A stretch of 59,409 nucleotides of DNA, taken from contig DAPKRQ010000097.1 of the NCBI GenBank assembly GCA_031800475.1, forward strand, positions 1 to 59,409, written 5' to 3'. This document shows, in pieces, positions 18,162 to 27,879 of the stretch. Position 1 is the stretch's first letter, and the number at the start of each line of letters is the position of its first letter. A program made the position numbers and the translations under genes. This DNA comes from Myxococcales bacterium LLY-WYZ-16_1 (lineage in GTDB: Bacteria; Myxococcota; Kuafuiibacteriia; Kuafuiibacteriales; Kuafuiibacteriaceae). The notes under the pieces are model-generated. The model saw only the letters and a program-made list of their open reading frames with translations, was not told the DNA's origin and did no database searches.

Positions 18162-19646
18162 ATGAAGCGGGACGTGCTGGAGTATCCGATGTCCACCGTG
18201 GCGGCGCAGGTGGTCCAGGCTGCCGCTTCCGAGGACGTGACCTCGAGCGAGCTCGGTGATCTGGCGTCGTCCGATCCCGGCTTTGCGCTCCGACTGCTGG
18301 CGCTGGCCAACAGTCCGGCCTTCGGGGCCTCGGTCCCCATCGGCGACGTGCGGAGGGCCGCTACCCACCTGGGAGTGCGCGGTGTGCGCAACCTGGCCCT
18401 CAGCCTCTGGGTGACCGACTTGGTGCCGGAGCAGGAGGGGGCCGAAGTGCTCTTGAGCAACGCGCTCCGGAGGGCCGTGACGACCCGGGCGCTGGCCCAG
18501 CGGGTCGGCGCCAAGGACCCGGAGGCCTGCCACACCGCCGGGCTCTTGCTCGATGCAGGCATCCTGCTGTGGGCGCGCGAGGCGTTCGAAGACGCCGTCG
18601 ACGTGGCTCGCGCCCCGGCGCCGCACCGAACGCTCAAGGAGCGGGCCTTCGGGCACTGCGCCCACCCGGATAGCGGCAGCGCCATGGCCCGGTGCTTGCG
18701 CCTGCCCGACCCGGTGGCCGAAGCGATCCACGGTCACCACGACCCGGAGCCGCCCGCGGGCCAGGTGGCCCGGCTGGCATGGGTGGCGGAGCGGGTCTGC
18801 GCCGTCTTCGAGGGCTTCGCTTCGGCCGAAGACCATCGCGCGGCCCGCAAAGCGCTGGAGGTCTTGGATATCGCGGACCCCGAACGGGACGCGGTCTTTC
18901 GGGAGCTTCCCGGGCTCACTGCCGAAGCCGGCAGGGCCTTGAAGCGGACCCTCGGCGAACAGCCGGACCTGGAAGCGCTGCTCCGCGATGCCACCCGCTC
19001 TTTGGTGGCCCTGAACCGTCATTATGCGTCGGCGATTCAGCAGCTCGAAGCAGTCGTGGCCGAAAAGGAGCAGGTCGAGCAGGAGTTGCGCGAAGCCAAT
19101 CGCCAGCTGGCGGAGCAGGCTCGGATCGATGCCCTGACCGGACTGCCCAACCGGCGAGCCCTGGATCACGAACTGACGCGGGAGCTGGCCCGGTCGCTCC
19201 GGGACGAAACGGGCCTGGCGCTGTTGATGCTCGACCTCGACCATTTCAAAGCGGTCAACGATACCCACGGTCATCGGGCGGGAGACGACGTACTGCGTGC
19301 GTTCGCGCAGGTGCTTCGGGCCAGCGTGCGGGCTTCGGACCTGCCGTGCCGATACGGCGGCGAGGAGTTCGTGGTGGTGCTGCCGACGGCCGATGCCGAC
19401 GCGGCTCGACAGGTCGCCTCCCGCATTCGTACGTCGCTGCAGGGCTCCCGGATTCAGACTTCTGCTGGGGCTTTGCGGGTGACCGTGAGTGTCGGAGTGG
19501 CGGCCGTCGAAGCGGGGGGCCTGGACGGAGGCACCGCTCCGTCCGAATTGCTCGATGCAGCCGATAAGGCGCTGTACCGCGCGAAGCACGAAGGCCGAAA
19601 CCGGGTCGTGGTCGCGAGTTCGCCGAAGGCGTCCGACGCGGCCTGA
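18162..19646 (+). CDS. HDOD-coiled-coil-GGDEF diguanylate cyclase
   Basis: HDOD (SDPGFALRLLALANSPAFG, TAGLLLDAG), DALTGLPNRR, DLDHFKAVNDTHGH..GD, RASD I-site, RYGGEEF. Alternative start at 18189. Confidence 0.88.
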   Translation: MKRDVLEYPMSTVAAQVVQAAASEDVTSSELGDLASSDPGFALRLLALANSPAFGASVPIGDVRRAATHLGVRGVRNLALSLWVTDLVPEQEGAEVLLSNALRRAVTTRALAQRVGAKDPEACHTAGLLLDAGILLWAREAFEDAVDVARAPAPHRTLKERAFGHCAHPDSGSAMARCLRLPDPVAEAIHGHHDPEPPAGQVARLAWVAERVCAVFEGFASAEDHRAARKALEVLDIADPERDAVFRELPGLTAEAGRALKRTLGEQPDLEALLRDATRSLVALNRHYASAIQQLEAVVAEKEQVEQELREANRQLAEQARIDALTGLPNRRALDHELTRELARSLRDETGLALLMLDLDHFKAVNDTHGHRAGDDVLRAFAQVLRASVRASDLPCRYGGEEFVVVLPTADADAARQVASRIRTSLQGSRIQTSAGALRVTVSVGVAAVEAGGLDGGTAPSELLDAADKALYRAKHEGRNRVVVASSPKASDAA

Positions 19647-19659
19647 CGCAGGAGGGGAC

Positions 19660-20988
19660 GTGGGTTTTCGGATCACGGACGAGATTGTGCGGCGCCACGC
19701 GCCCGTGTTTGCTCGCGGCATGCACCCCGATGCCCCCCCGAGCGCCTTTCGTCGGGTCCCGCGCACCGGCGTGATCTTCGTGAGCTCCGAAGCGGGGGCG
19801 CGGGGGTTTCGACCGACGGACCCGCACTGGTCCAACCTGGGCCAAGGCCAACCGGAGACCGGTCCGCTCGCCGCGGCGGGCCGGCGGGTCCACGAGGTTG
19901 CGGTTCGGGTGGAGGACCAGGAATACGCTCCGGTGGCGGGTATCTGGGAGCTGCGGGAAGCGGTGGCCGACCTCTACAACCGGCGCTACCGCAGGGGCCG
20001 GGGCTCCAAGTACTCCGCTGAAAACGTGGCGATCAGCGGTGGCGGCCGGACTGCGCTCACCCGGGCCGCTGCGTCGATGGGCCCCGTGAACCTGGGACAT
20101 TTTCTGCCCGACTACACGGCGTACGAGGAGCTCTTGGACATCTTCCGCATGTTTTCGCCGATTCCGATCCTTCTGGATCCAGAGCGACAGTACGCCTTTT
20201 CGGCCGACGACCTCGAGCGCGAGATTCAAGGGCGTGGGCTCGGGGCGATTCTGTTGTCGAATCCGTGCAACCCCACGGGCAAGCTGGTGGCCGGCGAGCG
20301 CATGGCGTCTTGGGTGGGTTGCGCACGTGCAAACGAATGCTCGCTGCTGATCGATGAATTCTATTCACATTATGTGTGGCATTCGACCGAAGGCCCCGAA
20401 AGCGCAGCCAGGTACGTGGACGATGTCGATTCCGATCCGGTCGTGATCTTCGATGGCCTGACCAAAAACTGGCGCTATCCGGGCTGGCGCACCAGTTGGA
20501 CGGTGGGCCCCAAGGCGATCATCGAGTCGGTGTCGAGCGCCGGGTCTTTTTTGGACGGGGGCGGGGCTCGGCCGCTGCAGCGGGCCGCGGTGGAGCTGAT
20601 GCGCCCCGAGATCGCCGACCGGGAAGCCGCCGCGATTCGGCAGCGCTTTTCGGCCAAGCGCGAATTCGCCCTCCGCAGGGCCCGCGAGATCGGGCTTCGG
20701 GTCGACGTGGAGCCCGAAGGAACGTTCTACCTGTGGGCCGACACGTCGGGGCTCGACCCCGAGCTGCAGGACGGCATGGCGTTCTTTCGAAAAGCGCTCG
20801 AATCCCGGGTGATCGTGGTCCCCGGCGAGTTCTTCGACGTGAACCCGGGCCGGCGGCGACGGGCTTCGCGGTTTCGCCAACATCTGCGGCTGTCGTTCGG
20901 GCCCGAGCCCGAGGTGCTCGAGCGGGGCTTTTCGGCCCTCGAAACCATGTTGCGGGGTGCAACGTCTTCGGCCGTCAAGCCCGAGTGA
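19660..20988 (+). CDS. PLP-dependent aminotransferase, class I/II
   Basis: GGAGG RBS + GTG; NLGQGQPE, SNPCNPTG, IDEFY, PLP-lysine motif LTKNWRYPGWR. Confidence 0.88.
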   Translation: MGFRITDEIVRRHAPVFARGMHPDAPPSAFRRVPRTGVIFVSSEAGARGFRPTDPHWSNLGQGQPETGPLAAAGRRVHEVAVRVEDQEYAPVAGIWELREAVADLYNRRYRRGRGSKYSAENVAISGGGRTALTRAAASMGPVNLGHFLPDYTAYEELLDIFRMFSPIPILLDPERQYAFSADDLEREIQGRGLGAILLSNPCNPTGKLVAGERMASWVGCARANECSLLIDEFYSHYVWHSTEGPESAARYVDDVDSDPVVIFDGLTKNWRYPGWRTSWTVGPKAIIESVSSAGSFLDGGGARPLQRAAVELMRPEIADREAAAIRQRFSAKREFALRRAREIGLRVDVEPEGTFYLWADTSGLDPELQDGMAFFRKALESRVIVVPGEFFDVNPGRRRRASRFRQHLRLSFGPEPEVLERGFSALETMLRGATSSAVKPE

Positions 20989-22678
20989 GTTCCGACTCCC
21001 GCAGTCGCAGGAGCAGACCGTCGGGGGCTCGGTCGAGCGCGACCAGGGCGTCGGCCAGGGCCGCGCCCACGTGCAGCGATGGTCGGGACCAGTCGGGCGG
21101 CACCCGCTGGGACCAATTGTCGGCGTGGACCACACCCGGCCGGTTGTGGGGCTCGGTCAGCCCGTACAGATCGGCGAAGAACACCAACACGTTTCGAGCG
21201 GGTCCCATGAACAGCTCGCTGAGCTTGGCCTGGGCCATGGCTCGGTCGTCGGCCATCAGGCGCCGTCGCCCTTCGGGGCCGAGCCGGAGGCGCCGGGCCA
21301 GCGTCGCTGCTTCCCGCTCCCGGCGCGGTCCTGCGCTCCACTCGGCAATTCGGCCCCAGATCGTCGGCGTGTCGTGGTTGCCGATCATCACCCAGTCCGC
21401 CGGAGCCGAGCGATCCACTTGATAGACGTCGTCCGGATCCCCGGGCATGGCCTTTTGGGTTACCAAAAAGCGGCCCAAACCCAAGCCGGTACGGACCCGT
21501 CGCAGCGGGTACGGCTCGGTGCTCAGCACCTCGCAGGCGATGCGGTCGGCTCCGCCCATGCGCTCCACCACGAAGCGCATCAGCTCACCGTAGGACGCGA
21601 TCTGCTCTGGATCCAGCTGCTGGACCCAGTCGTCTGCGTAGCGCGGATGCTCTGGATCTGGGTGAAGCTGGTCCGGTCGCACCCGGGCGTACCGGGCCAG
21701 TTCCGGGTGATCGTGCAGGTGGGGCGACTCGTACAGGCGCGCACCCTCTTGAACGGACCGCTGGGGATCCGGCCCGTCGCGGTACACCCATGGACAGACG
21801 AGCCCGTGAGGGTGGTCGATGCGAAGGCCGTCATACTCGCCAATGAGTTTGTCGAGTCGGGCCTCGAAGGCCTTTCGGGCGGGCTTGGCCGCGTCGAGCT
21901 GGTCCGGATCGAACACCGGAAAGCCCCAGGGCTGCCCCTGGGGATTCGTTCGGCTCGGCGGTGCACCCATCAGGTAGCCGGACAGCCAGCAGTCGGCCAA
22001 TCGCGCCCGGTCCATGGGGCCGGGGCCCACTTGCAGGTCGCCCCACAGCTGCAGATTGAGCTCGGCCAGGTCTTGGCGAAGAGCCACGTGTTGCCGGTGC
22101 ACCAAAAACTGTTCGAGGGTGTAGCGGTCCACCGCCTGTCCCTCGATGGCGCTCGGGTCGAAAGCGGTCTCGTAGTCTCGATCGAAGGGCAGCCAGTCGT
22201 GATCGGCCCGGAACTGTTCCAGGGCGCTCGCCAGGTCTGCAGCCCGGCCTGCGGCCAGGGCCCGGTCCAACGCCCCGTGGACCTGAGCGAGCCACCGCTT
22301 GTGCAAGGCCAGGGTCTCGGGGTGGTGAACCCGGCCGGGGTCCACCTGAGGGTCGGTCCAGAATGCGTCGGGTGGCAGATGCGGACCGACCACCGGATCG
22401 GTCAGCAGCCGATGAGCGCGGACGAACATCTCGTTGCGGGCGAAATAGCTGCCGTCGTAGGGCGACGGATTGACCGGGCTGACCCGTCCGGGCGGCGTGG
22501 CCTGCACTCCCGTGAACCCCTGTGCGGCAACGAATTCGAGAAAACGCCGGCTCGCGCGGGCGTACGGGCTGCCGCGGCCCAGGTCCTCGCCGTCCGACCA
22601 GGGATGGGCAGCGTCGGGCACCGACAGGAGCAGCCGGTCCACGTCCAAAAGCGCCAGCGCTTCGGAGATCGGGTTCAT
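20975..22678 (-). CDS. malQ: 4-alpha-glucanotransferase (amylomaltase, GH77), divergent
   Basis: SPYDGSYFA.N, WGDLQVG, GAPPS...QPWGFPVF, catalytic LRIDH, ACEVL and GNHDT. Confidence 0.8.
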   Translation of the reverse strand: MNPISEALALLDVDRLLLSVPDAAHPWSDGEDLGRGSPYARASRRFLEFVAAQGFTGVQATPPGRVSPVNPSPYDGSYFARNEMFVRAHRLLTDPVVGPHLPPDAFWTDPQVDPGRVHHPETLALHKRWLAQVHGALDRALAAGRAADLASALEQFRADHDWLPFDRDYETAFDPSAIEGQAVDRYTLEQFLVHRQHVALRQDLAELNLQLWGDLQVGPGPMDRARLADCWLSGYLMGAPPSRTNPQGQPWGFPVFDPDQLDAAKPARKAFEARLDKLIGEYDGLRIDHPHGLVCPWVYRDGPDPQRSVQEGARLYESPHLHDHPELARYARVRPDQLHPDPEHPRYADDWVQQLDPEQIASYGELMRFVVERMGGADRIACEVLSTEPYPLRRVRTGLGLGRFLVTQKAMPGDPDDVYQVDRSAPADWVMIGNHDTPTIWGRIAEWSAGPRREREAATLARRLRLGPEGRRRLMADDRAMAQAKLSELFMGPARNVLVFFADLYGLTEPHNRPGVVHADNWSQRVPPDWSRPSLHVGAALADALVALDRAPDGLLLRLRESELTRA

Positions 22679-22691
22679 GCCGGGCCTGTTA

Positions 22692-24539
22692 TCACCGAGG
22701 GGTCCAAGAGAAAAAGACGGCGCCCAACGGGGGGAGGGTGGTGGTCAGGCTGTGATAACGCCCGTGCGCCGGGACCGGCGTGGCTTCGAGTCCGCCCAGG
22801 TTTCCCTGGCCGGAGCCCCCGTAGACCGTGGCGTCGCTGTTGAAGATCTCTGCCCAGTGTCCGGGCCGGGGCACGCCGACCCGATAGTTCGTCCGCGGCG
22901 ACGGGCGAAAGTTGAACGCCGCCAGCACGAGGGAACCCTCCGACCGACCGTGGCGAAGGAACGCCAGGACCGAGTTCTCCGAGTCGGAACCGTCCACCCA
23001 AGCGTAGCCGTCCGGGGAGAAGTCGAGTGCGTGCAGGGCGTCGTGCTCCCGCATCAGCCGGTTGAGGTCGCCCACCAAGAGCATCAGCCCCCGAGACCGT
23101 TCCCAGATCCGGATCTGGCCCCAGGCGAGCGCTTCGTCGTGATGCCAACCGGTCCGCTGCCCGAACTCGGAGCCCATGAACAAGAGTTTCTTCCCGGGCA
23201 GCGCGTACATGTAGGCGTACAGCAGCCGAAGGGATGCGTACTTTTGCCACTCGTCCCCCGGGATCTTCTCCCACAGGGAGCCCCGTTCGAAGGCCACGTC
23301 GTCGTGGGACAAGGGCAACACGAACCGTTCCTGGTGCGCATAAACCGACCGGAATGTGAGTCGATCTTGATGATGGCGACGGAGCTCCGGGTCGTTGGCC
23401 ATGTATTCGAGCGTGTCGTGAGACCAACCCATGTCCCACTTGACCGAAAAGCCGAGCCCACCGGCTTCGGTAGCCTTCGTCACGCCGGGGTGGGATCCGG
23501 ACTCTTCGGCCGCCATCACGGCGCCGGGAGCGAAGTCGGCCACCTGCCGATTCAGTTCCCGCAGGAACGCCACGGCGTCGGGGTTCGCTCGTCGGTCTTC
23601 GCCGGGCTCCCCTGCAGGACGCAGCATGGAGGCCACCGCATCCACCCGCAGCCCGTCGGCGTGGTAGGTTTCGAGCCACCACCGGGCCGAGCTGAGCAAA
23701 AAAGCGCGCACCTCTGGCTTCGACCAGTCGAAGGCAACCGTGTTCCACGGGTTGTGGGAGTTGTCCGACTCCGCTTCGTACAGCGGTGTTCCATCGAATC
23801 GATACAAACCATGGGCATCCCGAGGAAAGTGGGATGGCACCCAGTCCAGGATGACGCCCACACCCTCTCGGTGAAAGCGATCGACGAGCGCCTTCAGGCC
23901 GTCGGGGTCCCCGAAGCGCCGGGTGGGCGAGAACCAGGCGGTGCATTGGTATCCCCAGGATCCGTGAAACGGATGCTCCATGAGTGGAAGGAACTCCACG
24001 TGGGTGAAGCCGAGCTTCTTCACGTGGTCGAGCAGGGGCTCGGCCATGGCTTCCCATTCGAGCCAGCGGCCCGAAGGGTCGAGCATCCACGAGCCGAAGT
24101 GGACTTCGTAGATGCTCATGGGCTCTGAGGCCGGGTCTCGCTCGGCCCGGAACGCCATCCACGCTTGGTCTCGCCAGACGTGCTCGCTTCGATGGAGGAC
24201 CGAGGCCGTGCCGGGGGGCATCTCGGTGGCGAAAGCCATCGGGTCCGCCTTGTCGAAGCGGGTGCCGTTGCGTCGGACGCGGTACTTGTAAAGGGTTCCG
24301 GGAGACAGGTTGGGCACGAAGGTGCTCCACAGACCCAGCTCCTTCCGGCGTTCCATCGGCCAGGCTTCACCCTGCCAACCGTCGAATTCGCCGATCACGG
24401 CCACTGCGTCGGCCCCGGGCGCCCAGACGGTGAACCGCACACCCTCCTGGCCCCCCTCCCGTCGAAAGTGGGCGCCCAGGTGCTGGTGCAGGGTGGTCGA
24501 GGTCCCTTCGCGAAAGGCCGTGGCATCCGAAGCGTCCAC
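22692..24539 (-). CDS. glgB: 1,4-alpha-glucan branching enzyme (short form)
   Basis: FTVWAPGA, IYEVHFGSW, HPFHGSWGYQ, LRVDAVASML, AEES, KWDMGW, LSHDD, PGKKLLFMG. Confidence 0.93.
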   Translation of the reverse strand: MDASDATAFREGTSTTLHQHLGAHFRREGGQEGVRFTVWAPGADAVAVIGEFDGWQGEAWPMERRKELGLWSTFVPNLSPGTLYKYRVRRNGTRFDKADPMAFATEMPPGTASVLHRSEHVWRDQAWMAFRAERDPASEPMSIYEVHFGSWMLDPSGRWLEWEAMAEPLLDHVKKLGFTHVEFLPLMEHPFHGSWGYQCTAWFSPTRRFGDPDGLKALVDRFHREGVGVILDWVPSHFPRDAHGLYRFDGTPLYEAESDNSHNPWNTVAFDWSKPEVRAFLLSSARWWLETYHADGLRVDAVASMLRPAGEPGEDRRANPDAVAFLRELNRQVADFAPGAVMAAEESGSHPGVTKATEAGGLGFSVKWDMGWSHDTLEYMANDPELRRHHQDRLTFRSVYAHQERFVLPLSHDDVAFERGSLWEKIPGDEWQKYASLRLLYAYMYALPGKKLLFMGSEFGQRTGWHHDEALAWGQIRIWERSRGLMLLVGDLNRLMREHDALHALDFSPDGYAWVDGSDSENSVLAFLRHGRSEGSLVLAAFNFRPSPRTNYRVGVPRPGHWAEIFNSDATVYGGSGQGNLGGLEATPVPAHGRYHSLTTTLPPLGAVFFSWTPR

Positions 24540-24543
24540 GAGC

Positions 24544-27500
24544 TCACCCTCCCGCCAGAATTCGGTGAATGCCCGATATCGGTGCGTCCAAAAAGCGGGG
24601 GCGGTTGTTCATCTCATAGCCCAATTCGTAAATGGCCTTGTCCAGACGATATGCGCGGAGAAGGTTCATCGTGCCCTCTCGATCGGATGGAAGAAGGCCG
24701 GAGCCTTCCATGTGTTGGAAGTAGGTGGCGGTGTAGACGTCGCTGACCGCCTGGGTCCAAGCGCGCAGGGCATCGGTCAGGGTGGCTTCGGTGGCGGAGC
24801 CTTCCGCGAAGGTCCCGATGTCCAGCTGTTGCTGCCACGCGGCGTGAAAAGCGTAATCGAAGGACCTCAGCATGCCCGCCACGTCTCGGAGCGGGCTCTG
24901 CTTGAGCCGCCGTTCCGAGATCGGCCGAGAAGGCTCTCCCTCGAAGTCGATGATGATCCAATCATTGGCAGTGCTCAGAACCTGGCCCAGGTGAAAGTCG
25001 CCGTGGCAGCGGATCTTTGCGCCGTCCAAAGTCGAGCCCCGCAGGCTCTGATCGAAGCATTCGAAGATTCGAGGGCGGCGCTCCGCCAGGCTTTCGACTC
25101 GCTCCGCGACCTCGGGAGCCAGACGGTCCAGACGCTGGACGGCGTCGAGGATCCGGGCCGCGTGCGAGCGCATCGATTGATATAGGCCCCGCTGGTAGTG
25201 GGGTGTGAAGGGCTCCGGCTCGAACCCGTGGTCGCCGGACGCCAGCGCCCAATGCATTTCGGCCGTTCGCACCGCCAGCTGCTCGACCAAGGGCAGGAAT
25301 CCGCCCACCAAGTCCTGCTCGACCGTCGAAAGATCGGAACGGAGTCGAGGCCGAAGGCCCGTTCCCGCCCGCGGGGGCGGGCTGGCGTCTTCGGGGTGTT
25401 GTAGCACGGTGTCGCAAAGCCGACCGAGCTCCCCAGCGACGGTCTGCCACGCCTCTCCCTGGTTCGGTACGAAGCGCTGGAGCACGGCCAGAACCCGACG
25501 GTCTTGCTCCCCGTTCCGCTGAAGAGAGAGCTCCCCGAGCACCGGGGGAAAGGCATCGAATTCCGAGCGCTCGGTCAAGTGCCGCCCGATCTCCACGTCG
25601 GGATTCAGACCCACCTCGAGCTTGCGAAAGACCTTCAGGATGGCCCTTTGATCGTAGACGACCGAGGTGTTGCTCTGCTCGGCTCCGAGGACGCACGACG
25701 AGGTCGAGTCGAAGAATTCGCGGTACCGCGTGCGCCGGCCCACCAGGCCCCGATCCCGAGCGCTGCCGCCCACCGCATCCACCAACTCCCGGCGAAATTC
25801 CGGAATGTCCAGGGCGTCCACCAGCAGTCCCTCTCGGCCGTCCCGGGTTCGGGTCTTCAGAAGTGCCGACCAGGCCTGGTCTGAGATCCGACGTTGGGCC
25901 TCGGGCCCGGTCACGTGGGCCAGGGGCAACTGAAACACCTCGGGGGAATCCTGTTCGTACCGCGCCTCCAGCAGGATGACGGCGGTGCCTTCCACGTCGG
26001 TGGCGTCCACCGGCATGTCGACCACCTCGACCACTCGGATCCGATCGAGGGTCTTGCCCTTGCCCGAAAACCAACGCTGACGGCCGAGTACCACCGGCAG
26101 CGCCCGCTCCAGCGCAGATACACCCGCGCCTCGGGTCAGCTCCTTCCAGCCGTGGTCGAGCCGCATGGTGGGAATTTCGGGGGTCGCATCTTCGTACTCG
26201 ACCGACGTGCGGGGTACCGAGATGTCGAACCAATAAAAGCCGTACGGAGCCAGGGTCAAAAGATAGGGGAGCTTTCCGATCGTCGGGAAGCGGGTGCGGC
26301 CGAAAACCTCGATCGGAACCCGTCCCTCGTATTCCTGCAGGGCAAGTTCGGCATACTGAACGGAACGAGAGAGATTGGCCACGACCAAAATCTGTTCGGC
26401 ATCGGTCTTTCGCACGAAAACCAAAATGCGCGAGTTCTCGGGGAGCAGGAACTCGATGTCGCCGACCGCGAATGCTTCATGTTGGCGCCGCAGCGCGATC
26501 AGTCGTCGCATCCACCAGTAGGTCGAATTCGGGTTGTGCTGTTGCGATTCGACGTTGATCGTCTCGTAGTGGTATTCCGGATCGATGATCACCGGAAGGT
26601 ATAGCCGCTGCGGGTTCGAGCTACTGAAGCCGGCGTTGCGGTCCGCGGTCCACTGCATCGGCGTCCGAACGCCGTCGCGGTCGCCTAGGTAGATGTTGTC
26701 ACCCATTCCGATTTCGTCGCCGTAGTACACGACCGGCGTGCCATTCAGTGAAAATAAGAGTCCGTTCAAAAGAAGAATCTTTCGGACATCGTTTCCGAGC
26801 AGAGGTGCCAGTCTGCGACGGATGCCCAAGTTGAGTCGTGCCCGCGTATCTGCCGCAAAGATGCGGTACATGTAGTCTCGCTCTTCGTCCGAGACCATTT
26901 CCAGCGTCAGCTCGTCGTGGTTTCGAAGGAAGACGACCCACTGGCAATTGTCGGGAATCGAAGGCGTCTGCCGAATGATGTCGATCAGGGGAAAGCGATC
27001 TTCCCGCTCGGTCGCCATGTACAGGCGCGGCATGATCGGAAAGTGGAATGCCATGTGGCATTCGTCGCCCTGTCCGAAGTACTCCACCGCGTCCTCGGGC
27101 CACTGGTTGGCTTCGGCCAGCAGGGCCCGGCCCGGGTAGTTCCGATCCAGGTGGGCGCGAACCCGCTTCAGGGCGCCATGGGTCTCCGGAAGGTTTTCGC
27201 AGGTCGTGCCCTCCCGCTCGTAGAGGTACGGAATGGCGTCCAAGCGCAGACCGTCTACGCCCCGGTCGAGCCAGAAGTCCAAGACCTTGAGCATCGCCGC
27301 CTCGACGTCTGGGTTGTCCCAGTTGAGGTCGGGCTGATGGGAATAGAAGCGGTGCCAAAAGTACTGCCCGGCAACCGGATCCCACGTCCAGTTGGAGGTT
27401 TCGAAGTCTTTGAAGATGATGCGAGCGTCGTCATAGCGATTCGGATCTTCGCTCCAAACGTAGAAGTCTCGCCACTTGGTGCCCGGCTTTGCCGTTCGAG

Positions 27501-27879
27501 ACCGTTGAAACCACGGATGCTTGTCCGAAGTGTGATTCAGAACCAGCTCGGTCATCACTTTCAGGTTTCGTGCGTGCGCAGCCGTCACGAATCGTTCGAA
27601 GTCTCGCAGAGTTCCGTAGTCTGGGTTGATGCCGGTGAAGTCGGCGATGTCGTAACCTCCGTCTCGGAGGGGAGACGGGTAGAAAGGAAGGATCCACACC
27701 ACATCGGCGCCGAGTTCTCGAATGTAGTCGAGTTTACTCGTCAGTCCCTTGAAGTCACCGATCCCGTCGCCGTTGCTGTCGCAGAAGGCTCGGACGTGCG
27801 TTTGGTAGATGACACTCCGCTTGTACCACTCGGGGTCCGATTCCACGATCGAAGGGATCCGTTTCGTTTTTTGATTCAT
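24544..27879 (-). CDS. treS: Trehalose synthase-maltokinase fusion (TreS-Mak)
   Basis: DSNGDGIGDF, FWHRFYSHQPDLN, LRLDA, EANQWPED, FLRNHDELTLE; C-terminal kinase AEQSNTS, HGDFHLGQVL, IDFEGEP. Confidence 0.95.
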   Translation of the reverse strand: MNQKTKRIPSIVESDPEWYKRSVIYQTHVRAFCDSNGDGIGDFKGLTSKLDYIRELGADVVWILPFYPSPLRDGGYDIADFTGINPDYGTLRDFERFVTAAHARNLKVMTELVLNHTSDKHPWFQRSRTAKPGTKWRDFYVWSEDPNRYDDARIIFKDFETSNWTWDPVAGQYFWHRFYSHQPDLNWDNPDVEAAMLKVLDFWLDRGVDGLRLDAIPYLYEREGTTCENLPETHGALKRVRAHLDRNYPGRALLAEANQWPEDAVEYFGQGDECHMAFHFPIMPRLYMATEREDRFPLIDIIRQTPSIPDNCQWVVFLRNHDELTLEMVSDEERDYMYRIFAADTRARLNLGIRRRLAPLLGNDVRKILLLNGLLFSLNGTPVVYYGDEIGMGDNIYLGDRDGVRTPMQWTADRNAGFSSSNPQRLYLPVIIDPEYHYETINVESQQHNPNSTYWWMRRLIALRRQHEAFAVGDIEFLLPENSRILVFVRKTDAEQILVVANLSRSVQYAELALQEYEGRVPIEVFGRTRFPTIGKLPYLLTLAPYGFYWFDISVPRTSVEYEDATPEIPTMRLDHGWKELTRGAGVSALERALPVVLGRQRWFSGKGKTLDRIRVVEVVDMPVDATDVEGTAVILLEARYEQDSPEVFQLPLAHVTGPEAQRRISDQAWSALLKTRTRDGREGLLVDALDIPEFRRELVDAVGGSARDRGLVGRRTRYREFFDSTSSCVLGAEQSNTSVVYDQRAILKVFRKLEVGLNPDVEIGRHLTERSEFDAFPPVLGELSLQRNGEQDRRVLAVLQRFVPNQGEAWQTVAGELGRLCDTVLQHPEDASPPPRAGTGLRPRLRSDLSTVEQDLVGGFLPLVEQLAVRTAEMHWALASGDHGFEPEPFTPHYQRGLYQSMRSHAARILDAVQRLDRLAPEVAERVESLAERRPRIFECFDQSLRGSTLDGAKIRCHGDFHLGQVLSTANDWIIIDFEGEPSRPISERRLKQSPLRDVAGMLRSFDYAFHAAWQQQLDIGTFAEGSATEATLTDALRAWTQAVSDVYTATYFQHMEGSGLLPSDREGTMNLLRAYRLDKAIYELGYEMNNRPRFLDAPISGIHRILAGG

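Noticed and set aside
17960-18685. 5' extension of ORF 16064..18685
   Set aside because: Lies antisense to the HDOD-GGDEF gene; the signal peptide appears only near 17930-17960.
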